DNA of 64,000 nucleotides. Origin: an uncultured bacterium (GTDB lineage: Bacteria > RBG-13-66-14). The DNA is taken from positions 834 to 64,833 of the forward strand of contig CAZNZF010000004.1 in the NCBI GenBank assembly GCA_964577465.1, given 5' to 3'. The position numbers were made by a program, and so were the translations under genes. Each line of letters starts with the position of its first letter. The first letter of the stretch is position 1. Below the pieces are notes generated by a model. It was not told the origin of the DNA. It worked only from the letters and a program-made list of their open reading frames with translations, and did no database searches. This document shows positions 8,851 to 17,910 of the stretch, one piece after another.

Positions 8851-9594
8851 TTAAGTTAGGAAGAGCCAGTAGTTCAGGGTGACCATGCCGATGCCTAAGA
8901 GGGCCCCGGCCACTATCTCTCTCCAGGTGTGCACGCCGCGGCGGATGCGGGCGTCGGAGATGATGAGCGCCAGGAGGAACACGAGCACCGACACCAGCGG
9001 GTTCTCGGTCACCAGGGTGACGATGGCGAAGACGGCGAAGCTGACCGCGGAGTGGCCCGAGGGCATCCCCCCGTGGAGCGGCGTCCCGCGCCCGAGGAGC
9101 ACCTTGCCCAGGATGACCAGCACTATCACCAGGGTGAAGCTGATGAGGGTGACGTACTCGGGGCTGCCCTTCACGGCGCGGATGGCGGAGAAGATGTGGG
9201 GCTTCAGGTCCTTGAACAGAACCAGATAGCCGACGATGACCGCCGTGATGGCCGCGATGAAGACCGCCCCCGCCGAGATGTCCTTCACCAGTTTGGCCAG
9301 GGGGTGGTAGGTGGTGGTCATCAGGTCCAGCGCCTTCTCCAGCGCCGTGTTGATGAGCTCCGTCACCAGGACGAAGGCCACCGCCAGGATGACCAGGACG
9401 AGGTCGCTGCGGTCGATGTTTAAAAACAGCGACCCGGCGATGACCAGGACGCCGACGAGGAAGTGGATGCGGATGTTGCGCTCGGTCTTGAGGGTGTAGA
9501 TTATCCCCTCGAGGGCGTTGTTGAGGGACTGGGACATCCGGGGCTTCGTCCCGATGGTGCTCCGGCGCCGTTTCTGTTTTTCCTCGGGCATCAA
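8851..9594 (-). CDS. dgkA: Diacylglycerol/undecaprenol kinase (DgkA) fused to a PAP2 phosphatase domain
   Basis: N-terminal ..LNNALEGIIYTLKTERNIRIHF.. matches prokaryotic DgkA. C-terminal PSGH ... SDARIRRGVHTWREI matches PAP2 motifs. Start may be M1 or M20. Confidence 0.65.
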   Translation of the reverse strand: MMPEEKQKRRRSTIGTKPRMSQSLNNALEGIIYTLKTERNIRIHFLVGVLVIAGSLFLNIDRSDLVLVILAVAFVLVTELINTALEKALDLMTTTYHPLAKLVKDISAGAVFIAAITAVIVGYLVLFKDLKPHIFSAIRAVKGSPEYVTLISFTLVIVLVILGKVLLGRGTPLHGGMPSGHSAVSFAVFAIVTLVTENPLVSVLVFLLALIISDARIRRGVHTWREIVAGALLGIGMVTLNYWLFLT

Positions 9595-9684
9595 TCGCTA
9601 CGCTTCGTTTACGGTTGCGCCGTCGCAGGTATGCCGGGGCATTACCCGGTTTGCCGGGGGCATAGCTCGCTTCGCTTCGTTTCC
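9594..9684 (+). repeat. Repeat family B copy (full copy ~9648-9684: GGTTTGCCGGGGGCATAGCTCGCTTCGCTTCGTTTCC) plus partial fragments and one family-C-like unit (ACGGTTGCGCCGTCGCAGGTATGCC)
   Basis: Intergenic, between the ybeY stop and the dgkA start. Sequence identity to other copies. Confidence 0.65.
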
Positions 9685-9695
9685 GTCGACGATCC

Positions 9696-10171
9696 TCAAG
9701 TCTTCTTCGTGTAGGCGGAAAGCCACTCGTGGTCGGCCGTCAACACCGCCTTGGCCATCATTTCGTCCCGTCCCCGCTCCTCGGCGTCCGTGTATCCCAA
9801 CAGGTGCAGCACCCCGTGGGCGACGAGGATGGCCAGCTCGCGCCCCAGGCTGTGTCCCTCGGCTCCGGCCTGGCGCACGGCCGCCTCCACGTTCACGAAG
9901 ACGTCCCCCAGCAGCTCCGGCTCCTCCCCCGGCATCTCCTCCCCGCCGTCGGGCCCGAGGTCGAAGGCCAGCACGTCGGTGGCCCGGTGCGTCCCGGTAT
10001 AGGTCTCGTTGAGCCGGGACATCTGGACGTCGTCGAAGAGCACGACGGCGATGCTTCGCTCCGGCGCCTCCTCGAGGGTGAGCGTGAGCACCGCCGCCCG
10101 CCGGGGCAGCTCGGGATCTACCCAGACCACCTTCTGGTGGTCGTGTATCAGGACTTCGTAGTTCCGGCTCA
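9696..10171 (-). CDS. ybeY: Endoribonuclease YbeY
   Basis: HGVLHLLGYTD zinc-binding motif. ~158 aa after trimming the ORF 9696..10310 to a TTG with GGAG upstream (start uncertain). Confidence 0.8.
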
Positions 10172-10233
10172 ACCGTGCTCCTACCGACCGGGTCGATATT
10201 CGGCCAAAGTCACCCCGCCGCCGGGAAGACCGC

Positions 10234-12483
10234 TCAGACTTCCTCTTCCCCCGCGTCCCCGGGCTTGTCCGCGTCCTTCGTCCCTTCGGGCTCGTCCACC
10301 GCGGAATCATCCGGGTACTCCACCCGGGAGTGGAGGATGCCGGTGAGGGTGCTGGCGAAGGAATCGCTTATGGTCGAGAGGTCGGCCAGGGTCAGGTCGC
10401 ACTCGGCCAGCTGGCCGTCCATGAACCGCGAGTTCACGACGTTGCGCACCAACAGTCGGATGGCGGATACGCTCGTGTTCGTGAGCGTGCGACCGGCGCT
10501 CTCCACGGCGTCGGCCAGCATGACGATGGCCGTTTCCTTGGACTGGGCCAGGGGGCCCGGATAGCGGAAGTCGTCCTTGTCGAGGCTCTTGTGCTCGTCC
10601 AGGCGCAGCGCCTGCTGGTAGAAGAAGCTGATGAGGCTGGTCCCGTGATGCTCGGCGATGAAGTCCACGATGCCCCGGGGGAGCCGGTGTCGTCTTGCCA
10701 GTTCGACACCCTCCTTGACGTGGCTCTTTATGACCAGGGTGCTCATCGAGGGCGAGAGGTTCTCGTGCTTGGACGCCTGCTCGGGGCTGTTCTCGGAGAA
10801 GTACTCCGGTTTGGTCAGCTTGCCGATATCGTGGTAATAGGCCCCCACGCGGGCCAATAGGGCGTTGGCCCCGACGGCCCCCGCCGCCGCCTCGGCCAGT
10901 ATGCCCACGTTCAGACTGTGGTAGAAGGTGCCCGGCGCTTCCTGTTTCAGCCGCACCAGGATGGGCTGGTTCAGGTCGGAGAGCTCGAGGAGCTTGACCG
11001 ACGTGGTGACGTGGAAGAGGTTCTCGAAGAGGGGCAGGACGAGGCTGGCTAGGAAAACACCGATTATGGCCCCCACGGTACCCAGGACGGCGTTGGAGAG
11101 GGTGGCGGTCCAGGTGTCGGAGACGGCGAGGCTGATGGCGGCGATTATCAACAGCTTGGCCCCGGCCACCTTGAGGGAGATCCAGTAGAGCGAGCTCCGG
11201 TGCCGCAGCGTGCTGGCCGATAGGACCGCCGCCAGCCCGCCGGTCAGGAAGACGAAGAGGTAGCGGACCTCGAAGCCGGTCAGGAGCCCCAAAAGCACGC
11301 TCGTGACCAGCACGCCGACGACGGCGATGGAGACGTCCAGGAGTGTGGCCAGGAGAACGCCGGCCAGGGCGGCGGGCAGGAGATACCCGATCTGGGGCAC
11401 CCGCTGGAAGAAGGCCGTGACCAGCGCCTGGGACAGGCCGACGGTCAGGATTAGAACCAGGCCGATGAGGATCCAGGACCGCGTGTCCGTATAGGTTTCC
11501 CGACGGTACTTGTAGAGGAACAGGCCGAAGATGAAGAGGAACACGGCTATTATAGCCGCCCGCCCCAGCGTGACGTAAACGATGCCCTTGCTGGTGCGGA
11601 AGGCCTCCAGGGCCTCCAGCTTGCGGTACACCTCCGGGGTGACGACCTCGTGGTCCGTGGCGATGCGTTCGTTCTCGCTCACCCAGAAGGCGACGCGGTC
11701 CACCGATGCCTCGGCGGCATCCAGCCGTTCCCGGGTCGCCTGTTCGTCGAGGTAGATGGTCGGGCGGCAGAAGCCCAGAGCGAGCGTCACGAGCTCCTCG
11801 GTAAGCTCGGGCGAGGACAACCGGGTCTCGAAGAGGTCGGTTATCTTCCCCCGGACCGTTTCGAGATCGGCGATCTGCGAGTAGTTCAACCCGTAGTAGA
11901 GCTCGTCGCCGGGGTAGCGCAGGAGGATGCCGTTGGCGATGTCCGCCTCGGAGAGTCGTTTCCGGTCCTCGAGCACCCCGCCCTTGAACGTGTCCTGCAG
12001 GCTGTAGGGGAGGTTGGCGAGCTCGTCGAAGAGCTCGTCGTTGCGGTCCAGTCTTCGCAGGAGCTCGGTGGAGATGGAGAGGCGGTAGCGTCCCTCCAGG
12101 CTGTTCGCCAGCTCTTTATAGCCCTGCGCCTCCGCGCCCCCCGGCTCCTCGAAGGCCTGCTTGAGGTCGTCCACGAGGTTGGCGAACTCGCGCCAGCTCG
12201 CCTGGAGCTCGTCCTCGGAGTAAACGTAAGCCGAGCGCACAGAGGCGCGCTTACTCGCGAGTTCCTTCTCGAGCTCATCCGGGGTTTTCAGGACGGGGTA
12301 TTTGATCGGGCTGATGACGTCCTCGGACGCCACGTCGCCCACCTGGAGGTCGAAGGAGTAGAGGGTCTTCGAGGGGAAGGTTATCACGGCGAGGACCGTG
12401 ATTATCCCGGCGCCGATGAACAGGCGTTTTAAAACGTCGGGCCCGGAGATGCGGAGGGGCTGGATTTTATTGTCCCGGCTCAT
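10234..12483 (-). CDS. pgpH: 7TM-receptor HD phosphohydrolase (PgpH/YqfF family, c-di-AMP phosphodiesterase-like)
   Basis: N-terminal extracytoplasmic domain, 7 TM helices, C-terminal HD domain (..YYHDIGK..). Sits between phoH and ybeY as in the B. subtilis yqfEFG-dgkA arrangement. Confidence 0.8.
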   Translation of the reverse strand: MSRDNKIQPLRISGPDVLKRLFIGAGIITVLAVITFPSKTLYSFDLQVGDVASEDVISPIKYPVLKTPDELEKELASKRASVRSAYVYSEDELQASWREFANLVDDLKQAFEEPGGAEAQGYKELANSLEGRYRLSISTELLRRLDRNDELFDELANLPYSLQDTFKGGVLEDRKRLSEADIANGILLRYPGDELYYGLNYSQIADLETVRGKITDLFETRLSSPELTEELVTLALGFCRPTIYLDEQATRERLDAAEASVDRVAFWVSENERIATDHEVVTPEVYRKLEALEAFRTSKGIVYVTLGRAAIIAVFLFIFGLFLYKYRRETYTDTRSWILIGLVLILTVGLSQALVTAFFQRVPQIGYLLPAALAGVLLATLLDVSIAVVGVLVTSVLLGLLTGFEVRYLFVFLTGGLAAVLSASTLRHRSSLYWISLKVAGAKLLIIAAISLAVSDTWTATLSNAVLGTVGAIIGVFLASLVLPLFENLFHVTTSVKLLELSDLNQPILVRLKQEAPGTFYHSLNVGILAEAAAGAVGANALLARVGAYYHDIGKLTKPEYFSENSPEQASKHENLSPSMSTLVIKSHVKEGVELARRHRLPRGIVDFIAEHHGTSLISFFYQQALRLDEHKSLDKDDFRYPGPLAQSKETAIVMLADAVESAGRTLTNTSVSAIRLLVRNVVNSRFMDGQLAECDLTLADLSTISDSFASTLTGILHSRVEYPDDSAVDEPEGTKDADKPGDAGEEEV

Positions 12484-13445
12484 TCCGTAGGCTCTTTCTC
12501 GAAGTGCTCGTAGGCCTCGACGATGCGGGCCACCAGGCCGTGCCGGACGATGTCGGCCTTGGTCAGGTACACGAAGGCGATGCCCTCTATCCCGGCGAGG
12601 ATTCTCTGGGCCAGCACCAACCCGCTCGCCGCCGGGTCGGGGAGGTCGATCTGGGTGATGTCCCCCACCACCGCCGCCCGGCTGTTCTGCCCCAGGCGGG
12701 TGAGGAACATCTTCATCTGATTCTGCGTGCAGTTCTGCGCCTCGTCGAGGATGACGTAGGCGTTGTCCAGGGTGCGGCCGCGCATGTAGGCCAGCGGGAC
12801 GATTTCGATAATCCCGTGCTCGATGAGGTTGCGGATGCGCTCGCCCTTGAGCATGGCGTAGAGGGCGTCGTACAGGGGCCGCAGGTAGGGCGCGATTTTC
12901 TCCTCGGGCGCCCCGGGCAGGTAACCCAGACTCTCCCCGGCCTCCACCGCCGGTCGGGCCAGCACCAGGCGGCTGACCGAGCCGCGGTGGAGATAGGAGA
13001 GCCCCGTCGCCACGGAGAGGTAGGTCTTCCCCGTGCCCGCCGGGCCGATGGCCAGGGTGATGTCGTGGGCGAAGAGCGCCTCGATTAAGTACTTCTGACC
13101 GGCGGTGCGCGGCTTGACGACCCTCCGGGCGCCCACCGGGATGTCGGTGCCCACGACCTCGTCGAAGCCCTGCCGCCGCTGGACGGGTTCATCGAGGTTG
13201 GCCACCGCCGACCGGATTTCGGCTTGGGTCACGGTGTGGCCCCGGGCCGCCGCCAGCGCGAGGTGGGTCAAAAGGTCGCCGGTAGCCGCCACCGCCCCAT
13301 CCTCACCGCTCAGGGTGGCCCGGTCGTCCCGCAGGACCAGGCGCACGCCGGTGAGCTCCTCCAGCAGGCGCAGGTTGGCGTCGGCCGGGCCGCAGAGCTC
13401 GGCGTAGCGCCCGTTGAGGTCCAAATTCAGGGTCGTCGTCTGCAC
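12480..13445 (-). CDS. phoH: PhoH-like ATPase (YbeZ)
   Basis: Walker A GPAGTGKT and PhoH family similarity throughout. ORF trimmed to an internal GTG (start uncertain; ORF extends to 13568). Confidence 0.8.
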   Translation of the reverse strand: MQTTTLNLDLNGRYAELCGPADANLRLLEELTGVRLVLRDDRATLSGEDGAVAATGDLLTHLALAAARGHTVTQAEIRSAVANLDEPVQRRQGFDEVVGTDIPVGARRVVKPRTAGQKYLIEALFAHDITLAIGPAGTGKTYLSVATGLSYLHRGSVSRLVLARPAVEAGESLGYLPGAPEEKIAPYLRPLYDALYAMLKGERIRNLIEHGIIEIVPLAYMRGRTLDNAYVILDEAQNCTQNQMKMFLTRLGQNSRAAVVGDITQIDLPDPAASGLVLAQRILAGIEGIAFVYLTKADIVRHGLVARIVEAYEHFEKEPTE

Positions 13446-13584
13446 GGTCGTTTTCTCGGGTTGGTTTCGCGCCGGGGCGGACCCCGGCACTCGATGGTTC
13501 CACACCCCAGGAATGAGCCGGGGCCGATGCTGCGCGTGAATTATACCCCAGGGCCGAGGGATAGGCAACCGACGGGGGTCGGGG

Positions 13585-14115
13585 TCAACGGGGGGCGGGG
13601 TCGGGGAGGCTTTCGTTGCGGCGGAGCGCGCGCCTTTTCAGGTACGCCTCGACCGCCTTGTACCCCAGGAAGTAGAACACCAGGGCCAGCCCGACGGCCA
13701 GGACTGTGTTGCCGGCCAGGTAGGTCCAGACGACGTCGCCGGCGGCCGTCCAGATCCGCCCCTCGTCCAGCATCTGCGCCAGACCGCCCACCTCCACCCC
13801 GGTGAGCCAGGAGCCCAGGGTGAAGGACAGGCCCCAGAAGAAGGGGGAGGTGATGGGGTTCATGATGGCCGAGCCGACGACGGCGGACACCTTGGAGAAG
13901 CGGAAGAGGAAGGCCAGGCCGAGGGCCAACAGCGCCCCCAGGCCGAAGGTGGGGAAGATGCCGATGAACACGCCCACGGCCAGCCCGATGGCCGCCCGGT
14001 GGGGCGAGGCGTCGGAGCGCAGGAAGCGCAGGTACTGGAGCCGGAGCCAGCGCCTCGTCCGCTGCCAGATGGTCTTGCCCTTGAGGCGCCTTTTTTTCCT
14101 TACCGTCGAGGTCAT
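13585..14115 (-). CDS. DUF2062-like small membrane protein
   Basis: Basic N-terminus (RKKRRLKGK), then 4 predicted TM segments. Trimmed to MTSTV. Confidence 0.4.
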   Translation of the reverse strand: MTSTVRKKRRLKGKTIWQRTRRWLRLQYLRFLRSDASPHRAAIGLAVGVFIGIFPTFGLGALLALGLAFLFRFSKVSAVVGSAIMNPITSPFFWGLSFTLGSWLTGVEVGGLAQMLDEGRIWTAAGDVVWTYLAGNTVLAVGLALVFYFLGYKAVEAYLKRRALRRNESLPDPAPR

Positions 14116-14223
14116 GGCTTCGGTTGGGGCGACAAACGGCCGTGGGCCCGTCCGGCCCGGTGATAGCGGGCGGGTGTGGACACCCGCCCCTACATCCAGC
14201 CGCATCCCCCTCGGTGACTTTTT

Positions 14224-15282
14224 TTACGGGACGGTCACCGTGTGGCACGCCGTGCAATCCGAACCCTGGACGCCGTAGAGGCCGTGCACGTCGCCGTCGG
14301 CTCCGGTGAACAGGCAACGGATTCCGCCCGCCCCGGTCTCGGTCAGCTCCTCGTGACATACCAGGCAGTCCCGGCCGCCCAGCGGCGGATGCTCGCCCAC
14401 CAGTCCCATGTCGGGGTATTCGTCCAAAACCTCGCTGGCGCCGCCGCGCTGGAAGCCGAACTCGTGGCAGCGGAAGCAGGTGCTGGCAGGCAGCGAGGGA
14501 TGCGCTTCGCTCCACGGGGTCCGGCGGTAGGCGAAGACGTAGCGGTCGCCGCCGGCGCGCATCTTATCCAGGCGCGTATCCCCCGGCGTCACGGCGTCGG
14601 CCTGCGGAGCGTGGGGGTTGTGGCAGTCCGAGCAGTGGTGGGTGCCGGGGAAGAGGCCGGCGGGAACGACCGCGCCCTCGGCGTCGACCCGGTCCACGGA
14701 GTGCCAGAAGTAGTTCACCAGCCGGGGGTCGTCCAGGTGGCAGGTCATGCAATTCTCGTCGAGCACCGCCCCGTGGGCGGCGACGCCCACCGGGTTCCGC
14801 GGGCCTTCCCAGTGGCCGTGGCAGCGGTAGCAGAGGCCCCACTCGGCCCCCGGAGTGTTGTTGGAGCCCTGGGGGACGGCGAAGAAACCGTAGGCCGCGT
14901 AGAGCCCGAGCCAGCCCAGGATGAACAGGCCGCCGAGGACGGCCGTCACCCGCTTGGCCTTGACCGTCCGGCGGTCGCCGGGGTCCAGGTGGGGGATGAA
15001 GAACAGCAGGATGACGAAGCCGACGGCGAGGCCGATGCCGACGGCCACCAGCCAGCCGGGCAGGACGCCCAGGCTGTGGTAGATGAAGCTCTCGGGCTCC
15101 CCGCCCCCCTTGGGGTCGGCGGCCGGCCCCGCGACCCCGGGCCAGACGAGGGCCGCGACCACCAACAGGACCACCAGGATGAGCCCCACCAGGAGCTCGA
15201 ACATGGCGAAGTCGGGGAAGAAGGGCTTGTCCTTGGGCGGCTCCTTCTCCCTGCGCCGGAAGATTTTCAAGGTTTTCGCCAT
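14224..15282 (-). CDS. Cytochrome bc-complex subunit IV-like membrane domain fused to a hexaheme c-type cytochrome
   Basis: Three N-terminal TM helices. Six CxxCH motifs (CYRCH, CMTCH, CSDCH, CFRCH, CLVCH, CTACH). Lies immediately downstream of cytochrome b. Confidence 0.7.
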   Translation of the reverse strand: MAKTLKIFRRREKEPPKDKPFFPDFAMFELLVGLILVVLLVVAALVWPGVAGPAADPKGGGEPESFIYHSLGVLPGWLVAVGIGLAVGFVILLFFIPHLDPGDRRTVKAKRVTAVLGGLFILGWLGLYAAYGFFAVPQGSNNTPGAEWGLCYRCHGHWEGPRNPVGVAAHGAVLDENCMTCHLDDPRLVNYFWHSVDRVDAEGAVVPAGLFPGTHHCSDCHNPHAPQADAVTPGDTRLDKMRAGGDRYVFAYRRTPWSEAHPSLPASTCFRCHEFGFQRGGASEVLDEYPDMGLVGEHPPLGGRDCLVCHEELTETGAGGIRCLFTGADGDVHGLYGVQGSDCTACHTVTVP

Positions 15283-15286
15283 CGGT

Positions 15287-15967
15287 TTACAGCGGTTCGG
15301 CGATTCCCTGACGCCGTATCATCACGAAGTGGAACAGGAGCAGGACTAAAATCACCAGGGGCAGCACGATGACGTGGTTGTCGAAGAAGAAGCCCAACGC
15401 CTCGCCGCCCACCGGCGTCACAGTGGTGACGATTCCGGCGAGGAGGTCGCCGACGAGGGGAATCTGCTTGAGCCCCGCGACGATGGAGGCGGCGATTTCG
15501 AACCCCCGCTGGTCCCAGGGGAGGACGAAGCCGGAGATGTAGAACCCGGCGGTGGTGACCAGGAGCAGCACGCCGGCAATCCAGTTCAGCTCGCGCGGCT
15601 TTTTGTAGGCCCCGGTCAAAAAGACGCGCACCATGTGGGCCACGATTAAGACCATCATCACGTTGGCGGCCCAGTGGTGAATGCCCCGGACGAGCCAGCC
15701 CAGCCATACGTCGTTCATGATGTAGCCGATGGACTCCGCCGCCCCGTCGGGCGTGGGCCGGTAGTGCTGGAGGAGGATGAGCCCGGTGACCACCAGGACC
15801 AAAAAGGTCACCAGGGTCAGCCCGCCGAGGCAGTAGTACCACTTCCTGGCCCAGGGGTGGACCGGCTTCTGTATGGCCTCGACGACCCAGCGCTTAACGC
15901 GGAAGCGCTCGTCGAGCCACTTCAGCCACCGGCTTTCGCCTATTTTCTTACGGGTCGCTTCGGACAT
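15287..15967 (-). CDS. Cytochrome b (b6/QcrB-type, N-terminal four-helix heme-bearing part)
   Basis: 226 aa. Conserved His pairs in TM helices (..RGIHHWAANVMM.. / ..PWDQ..), typical of split cytochrome b6. Confidence 0.8.
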   Translation of the reverse strand: MSEATRKKIGESRWLKWLDERFRVKRWVVEAIQKPVHPWARKWYYCLGGLTLVTFLVLVVTGLILLQHYRPTPDGAAESIGYIMNDVWLGWLVRGIHHWAANVMMVLIVAHMVRVFLTGAYKKPRELNWIAGVLLLVTTAGFYISGFVLPWDQRGFEIAASIVAGLKQIPLVGDLLAGIVTTVTPVGGEALGFFFDNHVIVLPLVILVLLLFHFVMIRRQGIAEPL

Positions 15968-15984
15968 GATAACCTAGTGTAAGG

Positions 15985-16004
15985 CAAGGGGTTTAACCCC
16001 CTTG
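15985..16004. repeat. Palindrome family A copy (CAAGGGGTTTAACCCCCTTG)
   Basis: Between the propeller gene stop (16012) and the cytochrome b start (15967). Confidence 0.65.
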
Positions 16005-16011
16005 TCTCATC

Positions 16012-16878
16012 TTAGAAAGAGTCGAAGTACGTTTCCCAGCCGCCGTCCTCGCGCATCACGCAGAATTTTCCCGTCCCGTCCAGCGCCGCGATGTAGTAGC
16101 GGTCCTCGCCCTCGTGGACCAGGGACCCCACCTCGAAGGGCGGTTCGCCGGGGAGGGGCTCCCCCAGGGTGACGTAATCGCCATCCTCGTCTGAATAAAC
16201 CTGCCCCGCGGCGTCGGTGACCATGACGAAGACGTTCAGGGTTTCCGGCTCGTAGAACCCGGTCACGGAATACGGGGCGGCCCCGGTGTCGTGCATGACC
16301 GCGTGGGTTTCCCAGTTATCATCGAAGCGCGTGTAGAGCGCGCCTTCGGCATCCACGGCCAGGAAGAGGGTGACGCCGGTCGGGGCGTAGTGCAGGACGT
16401 CCAGGTCGTAGGGCGGCGTTCCGACGATGGGGTCCGCGGCGGTCTCCCAGGTGTCGCCGTACCGCCAGAGCCGGCCCCCCGAATCCAGGGCGAAAAGCTC
16501 CACCGCGCCGTCGGCCTCCGCGTACCCCCCGAGGCGGTAGGGAGCCTCCCCGGGGAGGGCGTCCCCCTCGGTCCGCCACTCGTCGCCGCTGACCTCGTAG
16601 AGCCGGCCCGCGGAGTCCAGGACGAAGATGTTGACCATTCCGGGCGTGTCCGGCCGGTTCAGCACCAGGAGGTCGTAGGGGCCCCCGCCCGGGCAGGGGG
16701 TGTTCACCGCGCTCCAGCCTCCGGTTTTCCCCTGGTGGAGCTGTCCGGCTTCGTCCAGGGCGAAGATGACGTCGGTGTCGGAGTCGGGTACGTACACCGC
16801 GCTGAGCCGCGCGGCGAAAGCCGGGGCTGCGGCGATTACTACGAGCAGGATAATAGCTTTATGAATACGCAACCGCAC
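16012..16878 (-). CDS. Secreted beta-propeller-like repeat protein A (paralog of B)
   Basis: ORF 16012..17040 trimmed to a GTG start (MRLRIHKAIILLVVIAAAPAFA signal peptide) 9 nt after the stop of gene B, with GGAGGA upstream. ~6 repeats of ~45 aa (..PY.L....LD..G.LY....W..). Confidence 0.55.
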   Translation of the reverse strand: MRLRIHKAIILLVVIAAAPAFAARLSAVYVPDSDTDVIFALDEAGQLHQGKTGGWSAVNTPCPGGGPYDLLVLNRPDTPGMVNIFVLDSAGRLYEVSGDEWRTEGDALPGEAPYRLGGYAEADGAVELFALDSGGRLWRYGDTWETAADPIVGTPPYDLDVLHYAPTGVTLFLAVDAEGALYTRFDDNWETHAVMHDTGAAPYSVTGFYEPETLNVFVMVTDAAGQVYSDEDGDYVTLGEPLPGEPPFEVGSLVHEGEDRYYIAALDGTGKFCVMREDGGWETYFDSF

Positions 16879-16892
16879 GGTTCCTCCACACC

Positions 16893-17891
16893 TCACTCGA
16901 AGGAGTCGCAGAGCGTGACCCACCCGCCGTCGGGCTTCATGATAAAGAGCGCTCCGGTCGAGTCCACCGCGAAAATCATGTGTGTGTCGCGGCTCTGTGC
17001 CCGGTACACTGCCAGGTCCAGGGGGGGCGTTCCGCCGCACGGCTCACCGAACGGCTCGTACGCGTCGTCCTGGGGAAGGTAGAGCCGACCGGTACCGTCC
17101 AGGACCTGGAGCTCGGTGAAGACCCTCCCGTCGGCGGCGGATTTGATGAAGCCGTCCAGCCGGTAGGGCGCCGTGCCGCCGGTGATTTGGCCAAACTCCT
17201 CCCAGCCGGCATCCGTGCACCGGCTGATGCGGCCCGTCTCGTCAATCACGACGATGTACGTCTCCCCGAGGGCGGCGATGTCGGTGGTGGTCAGGGCCAG
17301 GAAGTCGGTGGGGGCGGCACCGGTGTAATCCACGTCGAAGGGGTACGGTTCCCAGACGAGCTTCAGTGCGTCGAAGAACCACAGGCGGCCGTCGCCGTCC
17401 AGCGCGATGGGGTACACACCGGACACCTTCGGGTCCTGGGCGGAGGACAACTGGTAGGGCGGCGGTCCCGGAACGGGCTTGCCCTTGGGATTCCAGCCCG
17501 TGTGGGTCAGGCTGTAGAGCTGCCCCGCGCCGTCCAGGGCGAGGAAGGCCCAGTTTTCAGCCTGCTGGTCCCAGTGCAGCACCAGCTCGTACGGACCGTC
17601 GCCGGGGCAATTTTCACCCGATGTAACCCAGTTCCACCGCTTCCCCTCGATGTAGTACCCGCCAGTGGAGTCCCACCTCAGAACCTCGTCCCGCTCCACG
17701 GACGACCCCTCCCGCGTGTAACCGGCCAGCTCCAGCTCCAGGTCGCCGCCGGGGCGGCGGTGGAACGTCCCGGAGTCGTCCACGACCCCGATGATGTTCT
17801 GGTTCGTCGCCGGATTCCACGCCAGGTCCAGGTCCAGGGCGCGGCCCGAGACCGCGGTCAGAACAAGAATGCAGACGGGGAGTGGCTTCAT
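16893..17891 (-). CDS. Secreted beta-propeller-like repeat protein B
   Basis: Signal peptide MKPLPVCILVLTAVSG. Same repeat architecture, and a C-terminus (..DGGWVTLCDSFE) like that of A (..DGGWETYFDSF). Confidence 0.6.
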   Translation of the reverse strand: MKPLPVCILVLTAVSGRALDLDLAWNPATNQNIIGVVDDSGTFHRRPGGDLELELAGYTREGSSVERDEVLRWDSTGGYYIEGKRWNWVTSGENCPGDGPYELVLHWDQQAENWAFLALDGAGQLYSLTHTGWNPKGKPVPGPPPYQLSSAQDPKVSGVYPIALDGDGRLWFFDALKLVWEPYPFDVDYTGAAPTDFLALTTTDIAALGETYIVVIDETGRISRCTDAGWEEFGQITGGTAPYRLDGFIKSAADGRVFTELQVLDGTGRLYLPQDDAYEPFGEPCGGTPPLDLAVYRAQSRDTHMIFAVDSTGALFIMKPDGGWVTLCDSFE

Positions 17892-17910
17892 CTGGTGCCG
17901 CCGTTCGGGG

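Noticed and set aside
13430-13510. Apparent one-base disagreements between my manual reading of the sequence text and the ORF-track translations for phoH and overlapping ORFs, near 13440 and 13500.
   Set aside because: The disagreement compensates within 60 nt and most likely reflects my transcription error. I kept the ORF-track frames and flagged the phoH start as uncertain.
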